DNA of 63,976 nucleotides, counting the filler, from Octopus bimaculoides (Eukaryota): NCBI RefSeq assembly GCF_001194135.2. It is 6 parts of 5 records of this genome, joined end to end, with 100 filler letters (N's around TTAATTAATTAA, not from the genome) between each part and the next. Parts side by side here need not be neighbours in the genome. Positions count along the whole stretch, not along the records: positions 12,604 to 31,537 come from NC_069000.1; positions 31,638 to 47,823 come from NC_068981.1; 4 more parts are not named here. One strand, 5' to 3'. The notes beneath the pieces were generated by a model. That model was not told where the DNA came from and made no database searches. It saw only the letters and a list, made by a program, of their open reading frames with translations. A program made the position numbers and the translations under genes. This document shows, piece after piece, positions 27,401-39,976 of this stretch. Position 1 is the first letter of the stretch, and each line of letters opens with the position of its first letter.

Positions 27401-27599
27401 TACACCACATGTGTGTGTGTTGTATTGATATTATAAATCTCAAGTAATTTTATGAATAACAACTGATTATTTACTGACGAGATATCTATAAACAAGTTGA
27501 TTGTACGTCACATTACTTAAAGTTTCCTAGACAGAGGTCACTGCCTACAACCACAGATATCTAAGGGATTTACACCAATTTGACATTGACTATTCCCTA

Positions 27600-27967
27600 C
27601 ACCGAATTTGGCTGGTACTTCATTTATCGACCCAGAAAGGATTACAGGCAAAGTCGACCCCGGCAGGATTTGAAATCAGAACGTAAATACTGCCGAAATA
27701 CTTCTAAGCATTCATGCGCTGCATGCTAACAATTCTTATTTCTTTATTGCCTCCAAGGGGCTAAACAAAGAGGAGACAAACAAGGACAGACAAAAAGATT
27801 AAGTCGGTTAGATCGAAACCAGTGCGTAACTGCTACTTAATTTATCGACCGCGAAAGAATGAAAAGTAAAGTCGACCTCGGCGGAATTTGAACTCAGAAC
27901 GTAACGGCAGCCGATATTCCGATAAGCACTTCGCCCGGGGTGCTAACGTTTCTGCCAGCTCGCCGCC
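27600..27967 (-). mobile_element. Two tandem SINE family D copies (27600-27735 diverged; 27739-27967 full, tail 2)
   Basis: Both carry aagtcgacc.cggc.ggatttgaa.tcagaacgta. The second has tail tttctttattgcctccaaggggctaaac. Confidence 0.85.
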
Positions 27968-28669
27968 ATTTCAATACTTCGTAATTTTGATACAAAATAA
28001 AAACGCAATTCCGTTGTTTTGCATTGAAACATATTTTGAGAACATCTTCAAGAGGAAATAAATTAAGAACTGATTTAATAATTTCTTGGAAGATTCTTTA
28101 GTTTTTCATCAACGAGAATATTTTATTCCTCGGGGGGCAGAGAAGCATCTGGCAGCATTGGTTGGCNNNNNNNNNNNNNNNNNNNNNNNNNNNNNNNNNN
28201 NNNNNNNNNNNNNNNNNNNNNNNNNNNNNNNNNNNNNNNNNNNNNNNNNNNNNNNNNNNNNNNNNNNNNNNNNNNNNNNNNNNNNNNNNNNNNNNNNNNN
28301 NNNNNNNNNNNNNNNNNNNNNNNNNNNNNNNNNNNNNNNNNNNNNNNNNNNNNNNNNNNNNNNNNNNNNNNNNNNNNNNNNNNNNNNNNNNNNNNNNNNN
28401 NNNNNNNNNNNNNNNNNNNNNNNNNNNNNNNNNNNNNNNNNNNNNNNNNNNNNNNNNNNNNNNNNNNNNNNNNNNNNNNNNNNNNNNNNNNNNNNNNNNN
28501 NNNNNNNNNNNNNNNNNNNNNNNNNNNNNNNNNNNNNNNNNNNNNNNNNNNNNNNNNNNNNNNNNNNNNNNNNNNNNNNNNNNNNNNNNNNNNNNNNNNN
28601 NNNNNNNNNNNNNNNNNNNNNNNNNNNNNNNNNNNNNNNNNNNNNNNNNNNNNNNNNNNNNNNGTGATT

Positions 28670-29225
28670 TTCGTGATCACGAGCTCGATAGTAATGAGCA
28701 TGTTGATGATAGTGATAGTAATGATGGTTGTGATGATGATGATGATGATGATGAGGAGGAGGAGGAGGAGGAGGAGGCGGAGGAGGCGGAGGAGGAGAAG
28801 GAAAAATGAGGAGGATGACAACGACGACGATGATCATGATCACGATCATAATCTTCCTCCTCCTCCTCCTCCTCATCATCATCATCATCATCATCACGAT
28901 GATGTTCATGATGATGATGATGATGATGATGATGGTTTGTGGCGGTGATAATTCTGATAATGGTGATGACGATTGAAAATAGTAACAAATTGCATTGGTA
29001 ACGGAGGTTAACCAAGATTCATCACAATCGACAACCACGTCAGCATCAGCATCATCATCATCATCAGCATCATCATCATCATCATCATCATCGTCATCTT
29101 CTTCATCATCTTCAGTGTTATCATTATAGTTATCAATATGGTCATCATCACTATCATCACTTCTACTACAATAAAAAGTAATACTACTAAAACTGCTCGA
29201 ATTACCACCGCCTCCTCCACCACCC
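28670..29225. repeat. Compound GAT/GAG/CAT trinucleotide tract
   Basis: Direct inspection. Confidence 0.9.
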
Positions 29226-29526
29226 AGTTAGAAATCTATATTAAAATAGTAATCTTGTATGATATGAAAATGTTATAATCAGAATCAAACGAATGTAAAA
29301 ACGAACAGGAATGCCTCCAATGCCAAGGGTAGGTAATTCAAAGTATGCCAGAGGGAAGCGTTGACCTTGCGTGTCTCTCGATCGATATTCTATCAATTTT
29401 TTTGTTCGACGGAAAACTTCCTAATTGAATCACTTCCTGAAATAGAGCCAATGAAGGAACCTGGACTTGGTTGCTCCATTTTGTTAGAAATAGCAGAAAT
29501 AATAACTTCCTCGAATTACATTTTGT

Positions 29527-29695
29527 GTGAAGACTCATGGCTCAGTGGTTAGGGCATTGCACTCACAATCGTGAGGTAGTGAGTTCGATAACCGGATGAG
29601 GAAGGTAGTGATTTTGGTGATCACGAGAGCAATGGTAATGTGTTCCTGAGCAAGGAACTTTATTTCACGTTGCTGCGCATTACACTCAACTCTAT
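29527..29695 (+). mobile_element. tRNA-derived SINE head (family C-related)
   Basis: tggctcagtggttagggcattgcactcacaatcgtgaggtagtgagttcgat (A and B boxes), then tgtgttcctgagcaaggaactttatttcac. Confidence 0.75.
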
Positions 29696-30221
29696 GGGTT
29701 TTTTTTTTTTCAACTGGAATTTTAAAAAGTCAATGAGACCTTGATTGAAGAGGAAAAGTGTTTGTCTGTCTTTTGCGCTTTCAGTCTTGTCCACTGCGCA
29801 ACCATACAGAGAAAAATAAACTTCTTTCTTTTCCCGATCAAAGGAAGGTGATCAGTCCATCTTCATGGTGGAGCCGGTTCCTGATAGTAGTAGCTGCAGC
29901 GCATAACCTCCATAAAATAGCAATGCTGATATTTCAACTAGTCGTCAGGTAGATTTTTGTTCTTATTGTCGCTGTTATGCATTGCAAACGTGGCCATCCA
30001 ATCAGTTTCGAAGACAGCATTTTGAAGTATATCCATTGTTATTTTAGGCTGTAAAACGTGATTTGCGAAATATATGGCTGTTATTTTAGGTGCTCGAGTG
30101 ACTCACTGAAGGTTAAATTTACTTGTGAAGGATAGATAGAGAAACAGATAAGCATGTGGGTAGGTTTTGAACCTACATTATCTCCCTTTAGCAGCCATAT
30201 TGCCATTCATAATAATTCATT

Positions 30222-30425
30222 CTAATTTTGGTGCAAGGTCAGCAATTATTATTGAGGGCCTGTCGATTACATCGACCCTAGTATTTGACTAGTACTTTAT
30301 TTTATCGACTCCGAAACGATGAATCACAAAGTTGACTTCGATGAACTTTCAACACAGAACGTCAATTCAGTATAAATGCTGTTAAGCATTCTTTCCGACA
30401 TGTTTACGATATTGCAAGCTCATCG
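30222..30425 (-). mobile_element. Old SINE family D copy
   Basis: gtgcaaggtc...gtcgattacatcgaccc...ttttatcgactccgaaacgatgaa...aaagttgacttcg. Confidence 0.65.
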
Positions 30426-31217
30426 CTTTCTAATACCGTTCACAATAATGACGATTACCTTGACAGCAAAGAAAACCCAATAAATAATTTTGGGAAGTTG
30501 TGATGTTCAGTCATTTTCCATAGTGCCGAGGGAATGTATATACGTGTACCGATGCGCAAACAACTGACAAAATAGAACCTGCATGATACAATCAGATCCC
30601 TGAGCAATTATTATTAGAAGTCACTGTTTTCCATTAGCAAATCAATAATGACAAACTCTTATAGCTAATTCACTTTGATCTTTTAGAACTGAGCGAGTAC
30701 AATTGATTTTGTATTGATATTATATAACAGAGCTTTGGTGTGGGGAATACAGATTGTAAAATAATAAAATAACCGAACCAAAAATAGAAAACAGAAATAA
30801 AGAGACACAAATATAACACATGTATCAACGAACAAATCGTTTCATTACTTTACATTAATATTTAATGCTACTTTTTGTTCAGCATTTGCTGAACAAGTGC
30901 TTTAATGTGCTCATATGTTACGAGGATATATACTCCCACTGCGAAAAATAAGACGCTTAAATATAAATGTGTATGTATGTATTTATTTAAAATTTATATA
31001 AATTATAAATTTATATTTGTGCGTATGTGCGTGTGTATATGTACCTAGATAGATAGATAGATAGATAGATAGAAACGTATATACCCGGGAAGCGGAGATA
31101 AATTTAATAAACGAAAAATTTATGATGTATGATATTTGACAAACCTGTTTCTTATATACATATTAGTACTACTTGCTAGATTGTAGTATTTGTCCTTTTT
31201 CTCCTGGTTTATTTTCA

Positions 31218-31298
<81 letters not shown>

Positions 31299-31637
31299 CA
31301 TATATATACTTAAATATACTTATATATATATACATATATACCTATATATACTTTTATATATATATTATGTATGCATACACATACATACATAAATATATAT
31401 ATATACACATACAAATATATATATATATATGTAGGTATGTGTGTAAATATATATATAGAGAGAGAGAAATAAAGAAAGAGAAAGAGACATATATATACAG
31501 ACAAACTTAAAGATATATACATATATATATATATATANNNNNNNNNNNNNNNNNNNNNNNNNNNNNNNNNNNNNNNNNNNNTTAATTAATTAANNNNNNN
31601 NNNNNNNNNNNNNNNNNNNNNNNNNNNNNNNNNNNNN

Positions 31638-31905
31638 GGTATCAAAAAGTTCCCGGACTAGTTCTGTAGCGTACCATTAGATGGCAGTACACGGTTGCCT
31701 ACGCAGAGAGAGCTAGCAGTGGCCTTCCCGAAGCAATGTGCTGAATGTTATTGATATGTTTACTTCGCAGTTTGTGAAATTTGTGTCTTTGTGATCACAT
31801 GTATGCAGTAGTCTACGATTTTGTCGTCGACAGAAACAAAGCGCCAACATGAAATTTTGCGTTAAACTTGAGACGTCTGCTACAGAGACATTGAGTTTGC
31901 TTTTC
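31638..31905 (+). mobile_element. Mariner 5' end (TIR + start of transposase)
   Basis: ggtatcaaaaagttcccggact TIR; QSANMKFCVKLETSATETLSLL matches the mariner N-terminal HTH. Confidence 0.8.
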
Positions 31906-32599
31906 ATCCTGCAAGGTCGATTAAAGAGAGTCCAATGACAATTATTTACACCTGGTGTTAAAAGAAAATGAATCCCAGTTCAATGCGTTATTTACACAAA
32001 TATGCTATTTGCATTTACGTATTTCAAATCAGCGGAATTAAGTTCTAAAAGAGAATTTAAAATCAATTTACAGGAGAACTGCTAGAGTAATCACGTGTTC
32101 GTTATTATCGTGAGTTATTTAACACTGTGATTAATAATTAGTGTAACAGTTTATTTTTGTTAATTTTAAATTATACTTCGAATATTAGTTTTAGTAACAT
32201 GAGCTCACTTTTCAGGTGCTCCAACCCCTAAGAATCTCTTCAGCAGCTGGCATGCCCGCCACCAGTTTTAATTAGCTATTATGAGAGGCAATGAATTGTT
32301 AACTCATGGGTCGTACGGGCGGTGCTTTAGGGTGAACGCCATCTGTGTGAAGGGTGCTTTTGCATCTGCACTGTACAATTAGGTACGAGAAATCATAAAC
32401 TATCTTTAGAACCTAATAAAACCCACGGCAGTCACTAATATCTGAGTCCTTGAGAGTTTGATCAACCATACGTTCGTCATCTCTCCACATTTTCACATCT
32501 TAGTGCATAAACAACGAAAGAACAAGACGGTTTGATAAGGCACATCTTTTATATGTATCTCTTCTCGATCAGTAAATGTTCGTTATTTACACCTTGTTT

Positions 32600-32655
32600 A
32601 TTGTTACCCAAGCGTTTCGGCAGCTGTACTTTCCAGCCTTCATCAACTGTTCTGG
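32600..32655 (-). ncRNA. Degenerate hammerhead-like motif (Penelope pLTR remnant)
   Basis: Minus strand: acag-TTGATGA-aggctg-gaaagta-cagctgcc-GAAA-cgcttggg-TA-acaat. Core C3 is changed to U and stem I is poor. About 350 bp from a PLE RT fragment. Confidence 0.3.
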
Positions 32656-33004
32656 TGGACTTTCGAACCCAACCTTTTTATTTGACTAATGGAGTACTCT
32701 GTTCTCATTCCTAAGGTGTTCTTTTTGCTGATGTTATTTTTTTCCATTGATATTATTTACCCAGTCCTTACCTGGGATTGAACTCAAAATCCGAGAGTTA
32801 GTAGGCCGCGTTCTTATTCACTATGCTATATGCCCGTAGGGAGAATAACCAAAGATGATGGCAGAGAGAGAATCAAACAAGATCTAGAAAATTCGTACAA
32901 GAAAGTATTTTGAGAAGGTGAAAACACGCCAAACTAAGAAGCTTATGAAGCTCAAAAGTCTGTGAATGAACACCGAAATCCGTCACCGACCTGTAAAAGC
33001 AGTA

Positions 33005-33360
33005 ATTAACGTAATTAACGTAAGTAACCTACATCTAGACAACTTTGGAGAAGCAGTACTAAACAAAGGTCTCAACTTTGCGACAACAAACGCATTCCAT
33101 ACTTTGACATAACAGCCCCTATTGACGAGGTATCCATAAAGATACCAAAAGCTCAGGGAGATGAACTAAGGTGGAAAGTGAGACAGGCACTAGAGAAAGC
33201 GAAACTTCCGAAACAAAACATCACTGAGGAAGAAAAGTTCGTTATAAAAACATTACAGAGTGACAGTTCCATCATAATACTTCCGGCGGACAAGGGCAAT
33301 GCTACAGTGGCAAAGAGCAAGTCCGAATACTCTGAAAAACTAGCAAGTCTCATAAGTGAG
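33005..33360 (+). mobile_element. Penelope-like element, RT N-terminal fragment
   Basis: VINVSNLHL...VLNKGLNFA...QNITEEEKFVIKTLQSDSSIIILPADKGNATV..KSEYSEKL (PLE ADKG motif). Confidence 0.85.
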
Positions 33361-33474
33361 ACTAGACTAGAGATGATGTTGGTAATGCTGAAGTATTACT
33401 CAGAACAAAACTACTGCAGACGGCACTCGTTTTCACTGCGGATTCCAGTACCAAACTACTTCTTCCGTTTGGAT

Positions 33475-34064
33475 CGTCACTTTGACTGCGGCCATGCTGG
33501 AGCACCGCCTTTAGTCGAGCAAATCGACCCCAGCACTTATTCTTTGTAAACCTAGTACTTATTTTATCGGTCTTTTTTGCCGAACCGCTNNNNNNNNNNN
33601 NNNNNNNNNNNNNNNNNNNNNNNNNNNNNNNNNNNNNNNNNNNNNNNNNNNNNNNNNNNNNNNNNNNNNNNNNNNNNNNNNNNNNNNNNNNNNNNNNNNN
33701 NNNNNNNNNNNNNNNNNNNNNNNNNNNNNNNNNNNNNNNNNNNNNNNNNNNNNNNNNNNNNNNNNNNNNNNNNNNNNNNNNNNNNNNNNNNNNNNNNNNN
33801 NNNNNNNNNNNNNNNNNNNNNNNNNNNNNNNNNNNNNNNNNNNNNNNNNNNNNNNNNNNNNNNNNNNNNNNNNNNNNNNNNNNNNNNNNNNNNNNNNNNN
33901 NNNNNNNNGTTCCCCCACCATAGCTTGACAACCGGAACTTAGCGGATGGAATATGTAATAGGTTTACAAAGGATAAGTCCTGGGATCGATTTGCTCGACT
34001 AAAGGCGGTGCTCCAGCATGGCCGCAGTGGAGATGACTGAAACAAATAAACGAATAAAAGAATA
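33475..34064. mobile_element. Two SINE A tail halves in opposite orientation flanking a gap (33475-33589 minus, 33909-34064 plus)
   Basis: tttgactgcggccatgctggagcaccgcctttagtcgagcaaatcgacc and its reverse complement gatcgatttgctcgactaaaggcggtgctccagcatggccgcag. Confidence 0.85.
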
Positions 34065-34121
34065 ACTGATTCTGAATTTTTACAAGTGCTTTTGACGTTG
34101 TTGTTATTATTATTGTTCTTT

Positions 34122-34162
<41 letters not shown>

Positions 34163-34654
34163 ATTGATGTTCCTTTCGTTGTTGTTGTATCGTTCATCAA
34201 CTTTGGTCAACCAAAGTACTGACATTGATAGGCAGCAATACCGGTCCGCACAGCTGGCGGTGACCCAGAAAGATCGCATGTCACTTTCTGTCTAGAGAGC
34301 TTGACCAGTCATCCGCATTACTCTAGTACAGTAAGTCCCTTGAGATATCAAATGTCTAAGTCAACCGTGACGAATTCATAAGCAAGAGAACTATTTGTCA
34401 ACTATCCAGCTTAAGAGAAGTTTCAAAATATTATTTTGTTTTTCTTTTAGTTGCTGTGGTCTTTAGATCCATGTCAGTTCCATCAGCCCCCATTCAACAA
34501 ATCAGTGATCAAAGGCGTCTCATCTGGGAATATCACAAGTTATTTTTTTAAGACAGTGTCTTTTGAAATAAATTTGGCTGCTCTTTCCAGGAGAACAAGT
34601 AACCACATAGCAGTATGGTTTTGACTACACGTATGTAAATATGATTTGTCTATA

Positions 34655-34690
<36 letters not shown>

Positions 34691-35077
34691 NNNNNNNNNN
34701 NNNNNNNNNNNNNNNNNNNNNNNNNNNNNNNNNNNNNNNNNNNNNNNNNNNNNNNNNNNNNNNNNNNNNNNNNNNNNNNNNNNNNNNNNNNNNNNNNNNN
34801 NNNNNNNNNNNNNNNNNNNNNNNNNNNNNNNNNNNNNNNNNNNNNNNNNNNNNNNNNNNNNNNNNNNNNNNNNNNNNNNNNNNNNNNNNNNNNNNNNNNN
34901 NNNNNNNNNNNNNNNNNNNNNNNNNNNNNNNNNNNNNNNNNNNNNNNNNNNNNNNNNNNNNNNNNNNNNNNNNNNNNNNNNNNNNNNNNNNNNNNNNNNN
35001 NNNNNNNNNNNNNNNNNNNNNNNNNNNNNNNNNNNNNNNNNNNNNNNNNNNNNNNNNNNNNNNNNNNNNAAAGAAAC

Positions 35078-35150
35078 ACGTCGTGGCTGTGTGGTAAGAA
35101 GCTCGCTTCCAAACCACGTGGTTCCGGGTTCAGTCCCACTGCGTGGCGCC

Positions 35151-35189
<39 letters not shown>

Positions 35190-35424
35190 GTGTGTGTCTG
35201 TCTGTCTGTCTCTGTGCGTGTGCGTATGTCTTTGTGTCTGTTTGTCCCCCGTCCCCCCACCATCGTTTGACAACCGTTGTTGGTGTGTTTACGTCTCCGT
35301 TACTTGGTTGTTCGGCCAAAGAGATCGATAGAATAAGTCTTGGGTTCGATTTATTCGACTAAACCCCTTCAAGGTGGTGCCCCAGCATGGCCATAGTCAA
35401 ATGACTGAAACAAGTAAAAGAGTA
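35078..35424 (+). mobile_element. SINE family A, internally deleted
   Basis: gtggctgtgtggtaagaagc...ggttcagtcccactgcgtggc, microsatellite, tail to caagtaaaagagta. Confidence 0.85.
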
Positions 35425-35455
35425 CACATACACACACACATATACATATATAGCC

Positions 35456-35791
35456 TTACACTCTTTTACTTATTTCAGTCATTTCATTGCGGCCATGCTG
35501 GAGCACCACCTTGAAGGGTTTTAATCAAACAAATGGACGCCAAGGCATTTTTAAAGCCGAGTACTTATTCTATTGGTATCTTAGGGGGGACGTAAGTACA
35601 CCAATACCGGTTGTCAAGCGGTGGGTGGTCAAACACAGGTACACAGGCACACGCACATAGACATATACGACGGGTTTCTTTCAGTTTCCGTTAACCAAAT
35701 TTATTCACAAGGCTTTGGTCAGCCCATGGTGTCACGCTGTGGGACTGAACCCGGAATCATGCGGTTGTGAAGGAAGCTTCTTATCACACAG
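35456..35791 (-). mobile_element. SINE family A, diverged, tail-to-tail with the previous copy
   Basis: ctcttttacttatttcagtcatttcattgcggccatgctggagcacc...gtgggactgaacccggaatcatg. Confidence 0.85.
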
Positions 35792-35809
35792 AAAAAAATG
35801 AACAGAAGT

Positions 35810-35954
35810 GGCTTTTCTGATAATTTTTCCACTTTAATAATTAGAGGTTTATAAATCATTAAGTGTAAACACCTAATGATTTATAAGCATCTAATTACCG
35901 GAAAAATCATTATAAGCATTCAATTATCAAAGTAGAAAAATTATCAGAAAAGCC
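35810..35954. mobile_element. AT-rich nested palindrome, MITE-like
   Basis: Outer arms ggcttttctgataatttttccactttaataatt / aattatcaaagtagaaaaattatcagaaaagcc (2 mismatches in 33 bp). Inner arms tagaggtttataaatcatta / taatgatttataagcatcta (2 mismatches in 20 bp). Confidence 0.65.
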
Positions 35955-36016
35955 GTTTTTGTATTCACTATTGCTAATATATAATACTGTACCGAAGACT
36001 TTCTAATTCTACAATA

Positions 36017-36292
36017 AGCGCAGGAGTAACTGTGCAGTTATTAGCTTGGTTACCAACCACATGATTCCGGGTTTAGACCCACTGCGTGGCACTTTGGGCG
36101 AATGTCTTCTACTAAAGCCTCGAGCCGACCGAAGCCTTGTGAGTGGATTTGGTAGACGAAAATTATTAGAGGTTAGCGTATTCGGCTCACGCTCGTAGGG
36201 TCGCGATTTCGATTCCCGGCATCGCGTTGTGAACTTAACGAAGATACTTTATTTCACGGTGCTCTAGTCTACTCAATTAGCAAAAGTGAGTA
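36017..36292 (+). mobile_element. SINE A head (36017-36163) followed by SINE C-type head (36165-36292)
   Basis: gcgcaggagtaactgtgcag...gccttgtgagtggatttggtagacg, then ggttagcgtattcggctcacgctcgtagggtcgcgatttcgattccc. Confidence 0.8.
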
Positions 36293-36296
36293 TGTG

Positions 36297-36328
<32 letters not shown>

Positions 36329-36544
36329 NNNNNNNNNNNNNNNNNNNNNNNNNNNNNNNNNNNNNNNNNNNNNNNNNNNNNNNNNNNNNNNNNNNNNNNN
36401 NNNNNNNNNNNNNNNNNNNNNNNNNNNNNNNNNNNNNNNNNNNNNNNNNNNNNNNNNNNNNNNNNNNNNNNNNNNNNNNNNNNNNNNNNNNNNNNNNNNN
36501 NNNNNNNNNNNNNNNNNNNNNNNNNATTTCATTTTAACAGATAT

Positions 36545-37290
36545 ATTTACCAAAATTACGTAAAAATATCTTGAAATACTAAAGAGTAAATTTACTCAAT
36601 AAAATCGCCATTGGCTTCAGCCACGACCTCCAGAGGACTTCGGAATTTCCTACAACTCTTCTGGACAGTCTCCTTGTTTAAGTGGGAGAATGCTGACAAT
36701 CCTTGCCTTCAGTTCATCTTTGGTGTTACAAGGAGTTTTGTTAGTCTCTTGCTCAACTGCGCCCCACACATAATAATGAAGGGGGTTGCAGTCTGGGGGG
36801 GGGGGTTATAGATGGCCAGATGTCAGAGATGATGTGGTAGCAAAAATTGACATCTGTGACTGGGCTCTCCTGCTTCTGTGCTATAATGCAGAGTCTTGTT
36901 TCCAGACATAGGGTCTTTCAGCAACCAGCCTCTTGACTCAGGCCGTCACTACCTCCTCCAGGCACTTAACGCAGGCCTCCGTGTTGAGTCTGAGGCCGTG
37001 TGGGAAGTTGAATGGAAGCATTACATCGCCATCACTAACGATCACTCAAGTCACCATAATGTTGACTGAGTGTTTGATGTTTATCACTCTCGGCACATGT
37101 TTTGGGGACACGGCAAGCCAGCGGTTGTTCTGTATGTTCACCATCCGTTCGTATAGGAGGTTCCGGTACGAATGCCAAGCAGTACAGCATGTCGTTTCCA
37201 GATTTCTGGAAGAGTGATTTGCGTCACTATGGTGTTTTTTCTCACAGATGGTGCCTAACTGATCACACTATACTGTGTAGTCAACAAAAC
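36545..37290 (-). mobile_element. Tc1/mariner (DD37D/maT-like) transposase fragment, decayed
   Basis: VIVSDGDVMLPFNFPHGLRLNTEACVKCLEEVV...YVWKQDSA...DCNP..YYVWGAVEQETNKTPCNTKDELKARI...RSPLEVVAEANGDFIE*. Confidence 0.8.
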
Positions 37291-37609
37291 CAAAGACAAT
37301 CAATGCGAATGGACGAAATAAAAAATATGAAATGACGACAATTTACCCATCGCATCCTTTATACGTGTGTGTGTTGTGTGCGTGCGTGTGTTGTGTGTGC
37401 GTGCGTGTGGTGTATATATATATATATATATATCAAACGGATGTGCTAAAAAACTATTCTGCAGATTAAATAACAGCCATACCAATAATCCAGCATACCT
37501 CATTCATCAGCTGCCCCACGCATATATCTGTGGTTTCGACACTTGGGCAGTACCATTCAATCCGGCGGTGTCAACAGTAGTAAAATAAGTGTTGTTTGGG
37601 GAAAAACAT

Positions 37610-38735
37610 ACCTTAGATATTACAGCATTCATTCAATCTTAGTCCGAGGAAGGATTAAACACTAATATTATTATTAAACTACAACAAAGAAACACATTTA
37701 CCCTATGTACAACAGTATTGGAAAATAAATTCAATAAGTAAACCTATAACTAACACCTAAATTATACAACTAAATGGCGAATAATCCTTTAAGTCCATAC
37801 AGATAATATTCTCATCAGTCTACCACAGTTATTAATATAAAAGTGAATGCTTTTATATTCTATTCTCTCCCAACCGAAACAAACGCGATTGCACTTAATT
37901 AATGATATAACTAATTCTAAGTGAATCACACTATTTCATAATACAAAAATTAATAATTAAAACACTACATACGTATTATATATTTGTTATCCTTACATGA
38001 TTTAGTGTTAAACTTATATCAGTAACTTATTAGATAATGCCAAAATCTTTATAAATAGGAACTAATAAAAGAATACCTGTAATTAGCAATTATTATAAAA
38101 ACCTTGTTACGATTAAAGCTAATTATAAAAGTGCTTGAATGATAATATAAAGCACAAAGTTATCCGGACCCACGAGATTCAGTCAACTATATACTCAAAA
38201 GACTGTCTTCACTATGATGACGTAGTACGTAATTACTTTCTCAATTGTCTTATACAATATTGCTGACGTAGTAAGCAATTAAAGTGACTAATAAGCAATC
38301 CAGACTACAAATATTTGCTAAGTCGAAGACTAGATACTATACCATATCAATTTAAAATGTTCAGTCTCCTGCCTAAACAGCGATTAAACGTTTTAACTAA
38401 TCTGCCATATCTATACTCTTGTTTTACTAAATGTCTTAACAGTTTATTTATTCTTTCCCAAAATTTATTAGTATTATTAATAATAGTGCCATTCCTGATA
38501 ACCTGGCCTGAAAAAAAACCCACCATAACCTATAAAAGAAGGAATTCTACTACTGAACCATGGCATTGAAACTACTTGGAAACCGAAATCTTCTTTGTTA
38601 TAAATGTCAGTACATATCACATTATTATCCTTAATTACTAAATTGACATCTACATAATTAATATCCTTTATATTATTACCATTTCTGGTGGCTTTAAGCT
38701 CTTATATATACATATATAAACGTATGAATTGAAAT
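37610..38735 (-). mobile_element. Penelope-like element (Neptune-type), RT C-terminus + 3' region
   Basis: LKATRNGN..KDINYVDVNLVIKD...TDIYNKED.FGFQVVSMPWFSSRIPSFIGYG.F..QVIR...FWERINKLLRHLVKQEYRYGRLVKTFNRCL (PLE thumb region). Confidence 0.7.
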
Positions 38736-38935
38736 TANNNNNNNNNNNNNNNNNNNNNNNNNNNNNNNNNNNNNNNNNNNNNNNNNNNNNNNNNNNNNNN
38801 NNNNNNNNNNNNNNNNNNNNNNNNNNNNNNNNNNNNNNNNNNNNNNNNNNNNNNNNNNNNNNNNNNNNNNTATATATATATATGTAGAAAGTAATGTAAA
38901 AACATTATGGAGGATATATTATAAATAATTAAGAT

Positions 38936-38967
<32 letters not shown>

Positions 38968-39734
38968 AATCTTACCGAGAACTAGAGTCGATAAAATACA
39001 ACATCTGTCAAATACTCAGGTCGATGTTACCAATTAACTGCACTCCTCCAAATTTAAGGCCACGAGCGCAAGCATAGGTAACAGATAGTCATTCTTTGCA
39101 ATTATACTCTTAAAGAAAAATTATTTGATTTGTAAGATTTTATTAAAATATGCAAAGTTTAGAAGTATTTTGTAGACTTTGCCGACACCAGGCTATCGTA
39201 ATCAATTATAGAGGCCTCTAAGAACAGGAAGTAAGCCACCTGTACCTTCTCAATAGCATAAAAGGCATTCTTTTTCCACTCAACTTACTGACAGCTCTGT
39301 TTGACATTTCGTGCGAAATAACCCCTCTTCGTGAGTGGAAGGGCACACGGCACTATATTTATCAATTTAAAACTGTGAACGGAGTTAAGTAAAAACCCAA
39401 ACAAGATATGATCTACCTTGATCTTCAGCTGGTTTCATAATGTTCTTGAAGGAGGAACATAAGCGTCGCCATCAGAGATATCGGTGGCGGTGTTCATTCC
39501 TTGCTAGCAGTCATCTTCGTGGTACCATATACTCAGTGAAGTCGTAACAATTACCAATACCTAGTTAGGTGGAATCATTATAGATATACAATTTCTCGTG
39601 TCGCCATAAAAATATTGTAAATATGTATTGCGGACTTAATTACTTTAAAACTTAATAAAGGACGAATCAAATTATATTAGGCTCACTGAGGAGCTGTAAG
39701 ATGGATACCAGAGTTCCTGAAACAATAATTACTG

Positions 39735-39940
39735 TTTTACTTGTTTCAATCATTTGACTGCGGCCATGCTGGAGCACTGCCTTTAATCGAGAAAATCGAC
39801 CCCAGGACTTATTCTTTGTAAGCCTAGTACTTATTCTATCGGTCACTTTTTGCCGAACCGCTAAGTTACGGGGACGTAAACACACCAGCATCGGTTGTCA
39901 AGCGATGTTGGGGGGACAGGGACAGACACACAAACATATT

Positions 39941-39974
<34 letters not shown>

Positions 39975-39976
39975 CA
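39735..39976 (-). mobile_element. SINE family A tail half (rest in gap)
   Basis: cttgtttcaatcatttgactgcggccatgctggagcac...gggacgtaaacacaccagcatcggttgtc. Confidence 0.9.

Noticed and set aside
29338-29520. Minus-strand frame EEVIISAISNKMEQPSPGSFIGSISGSDSIRKFSVEQK
   Set aside because: Ends in a stop within an A-run, no splice sites, no recognisable family.
34296-34620. Plus-strand 120-bp intron-like segment (gtaagt at 34331, ttttag at 34450) with short open frames
   Set aside because: No recognisable product and ambiguous frame; compatible with chance in AT-rich DNA.
37610-38735. AT-rich block that looked like a mitochondrial insertion
   Set aside because: Minus-strand translation gives Penelope RT thumb motifs; no mitochondrial gene or tRNA is recognisable.
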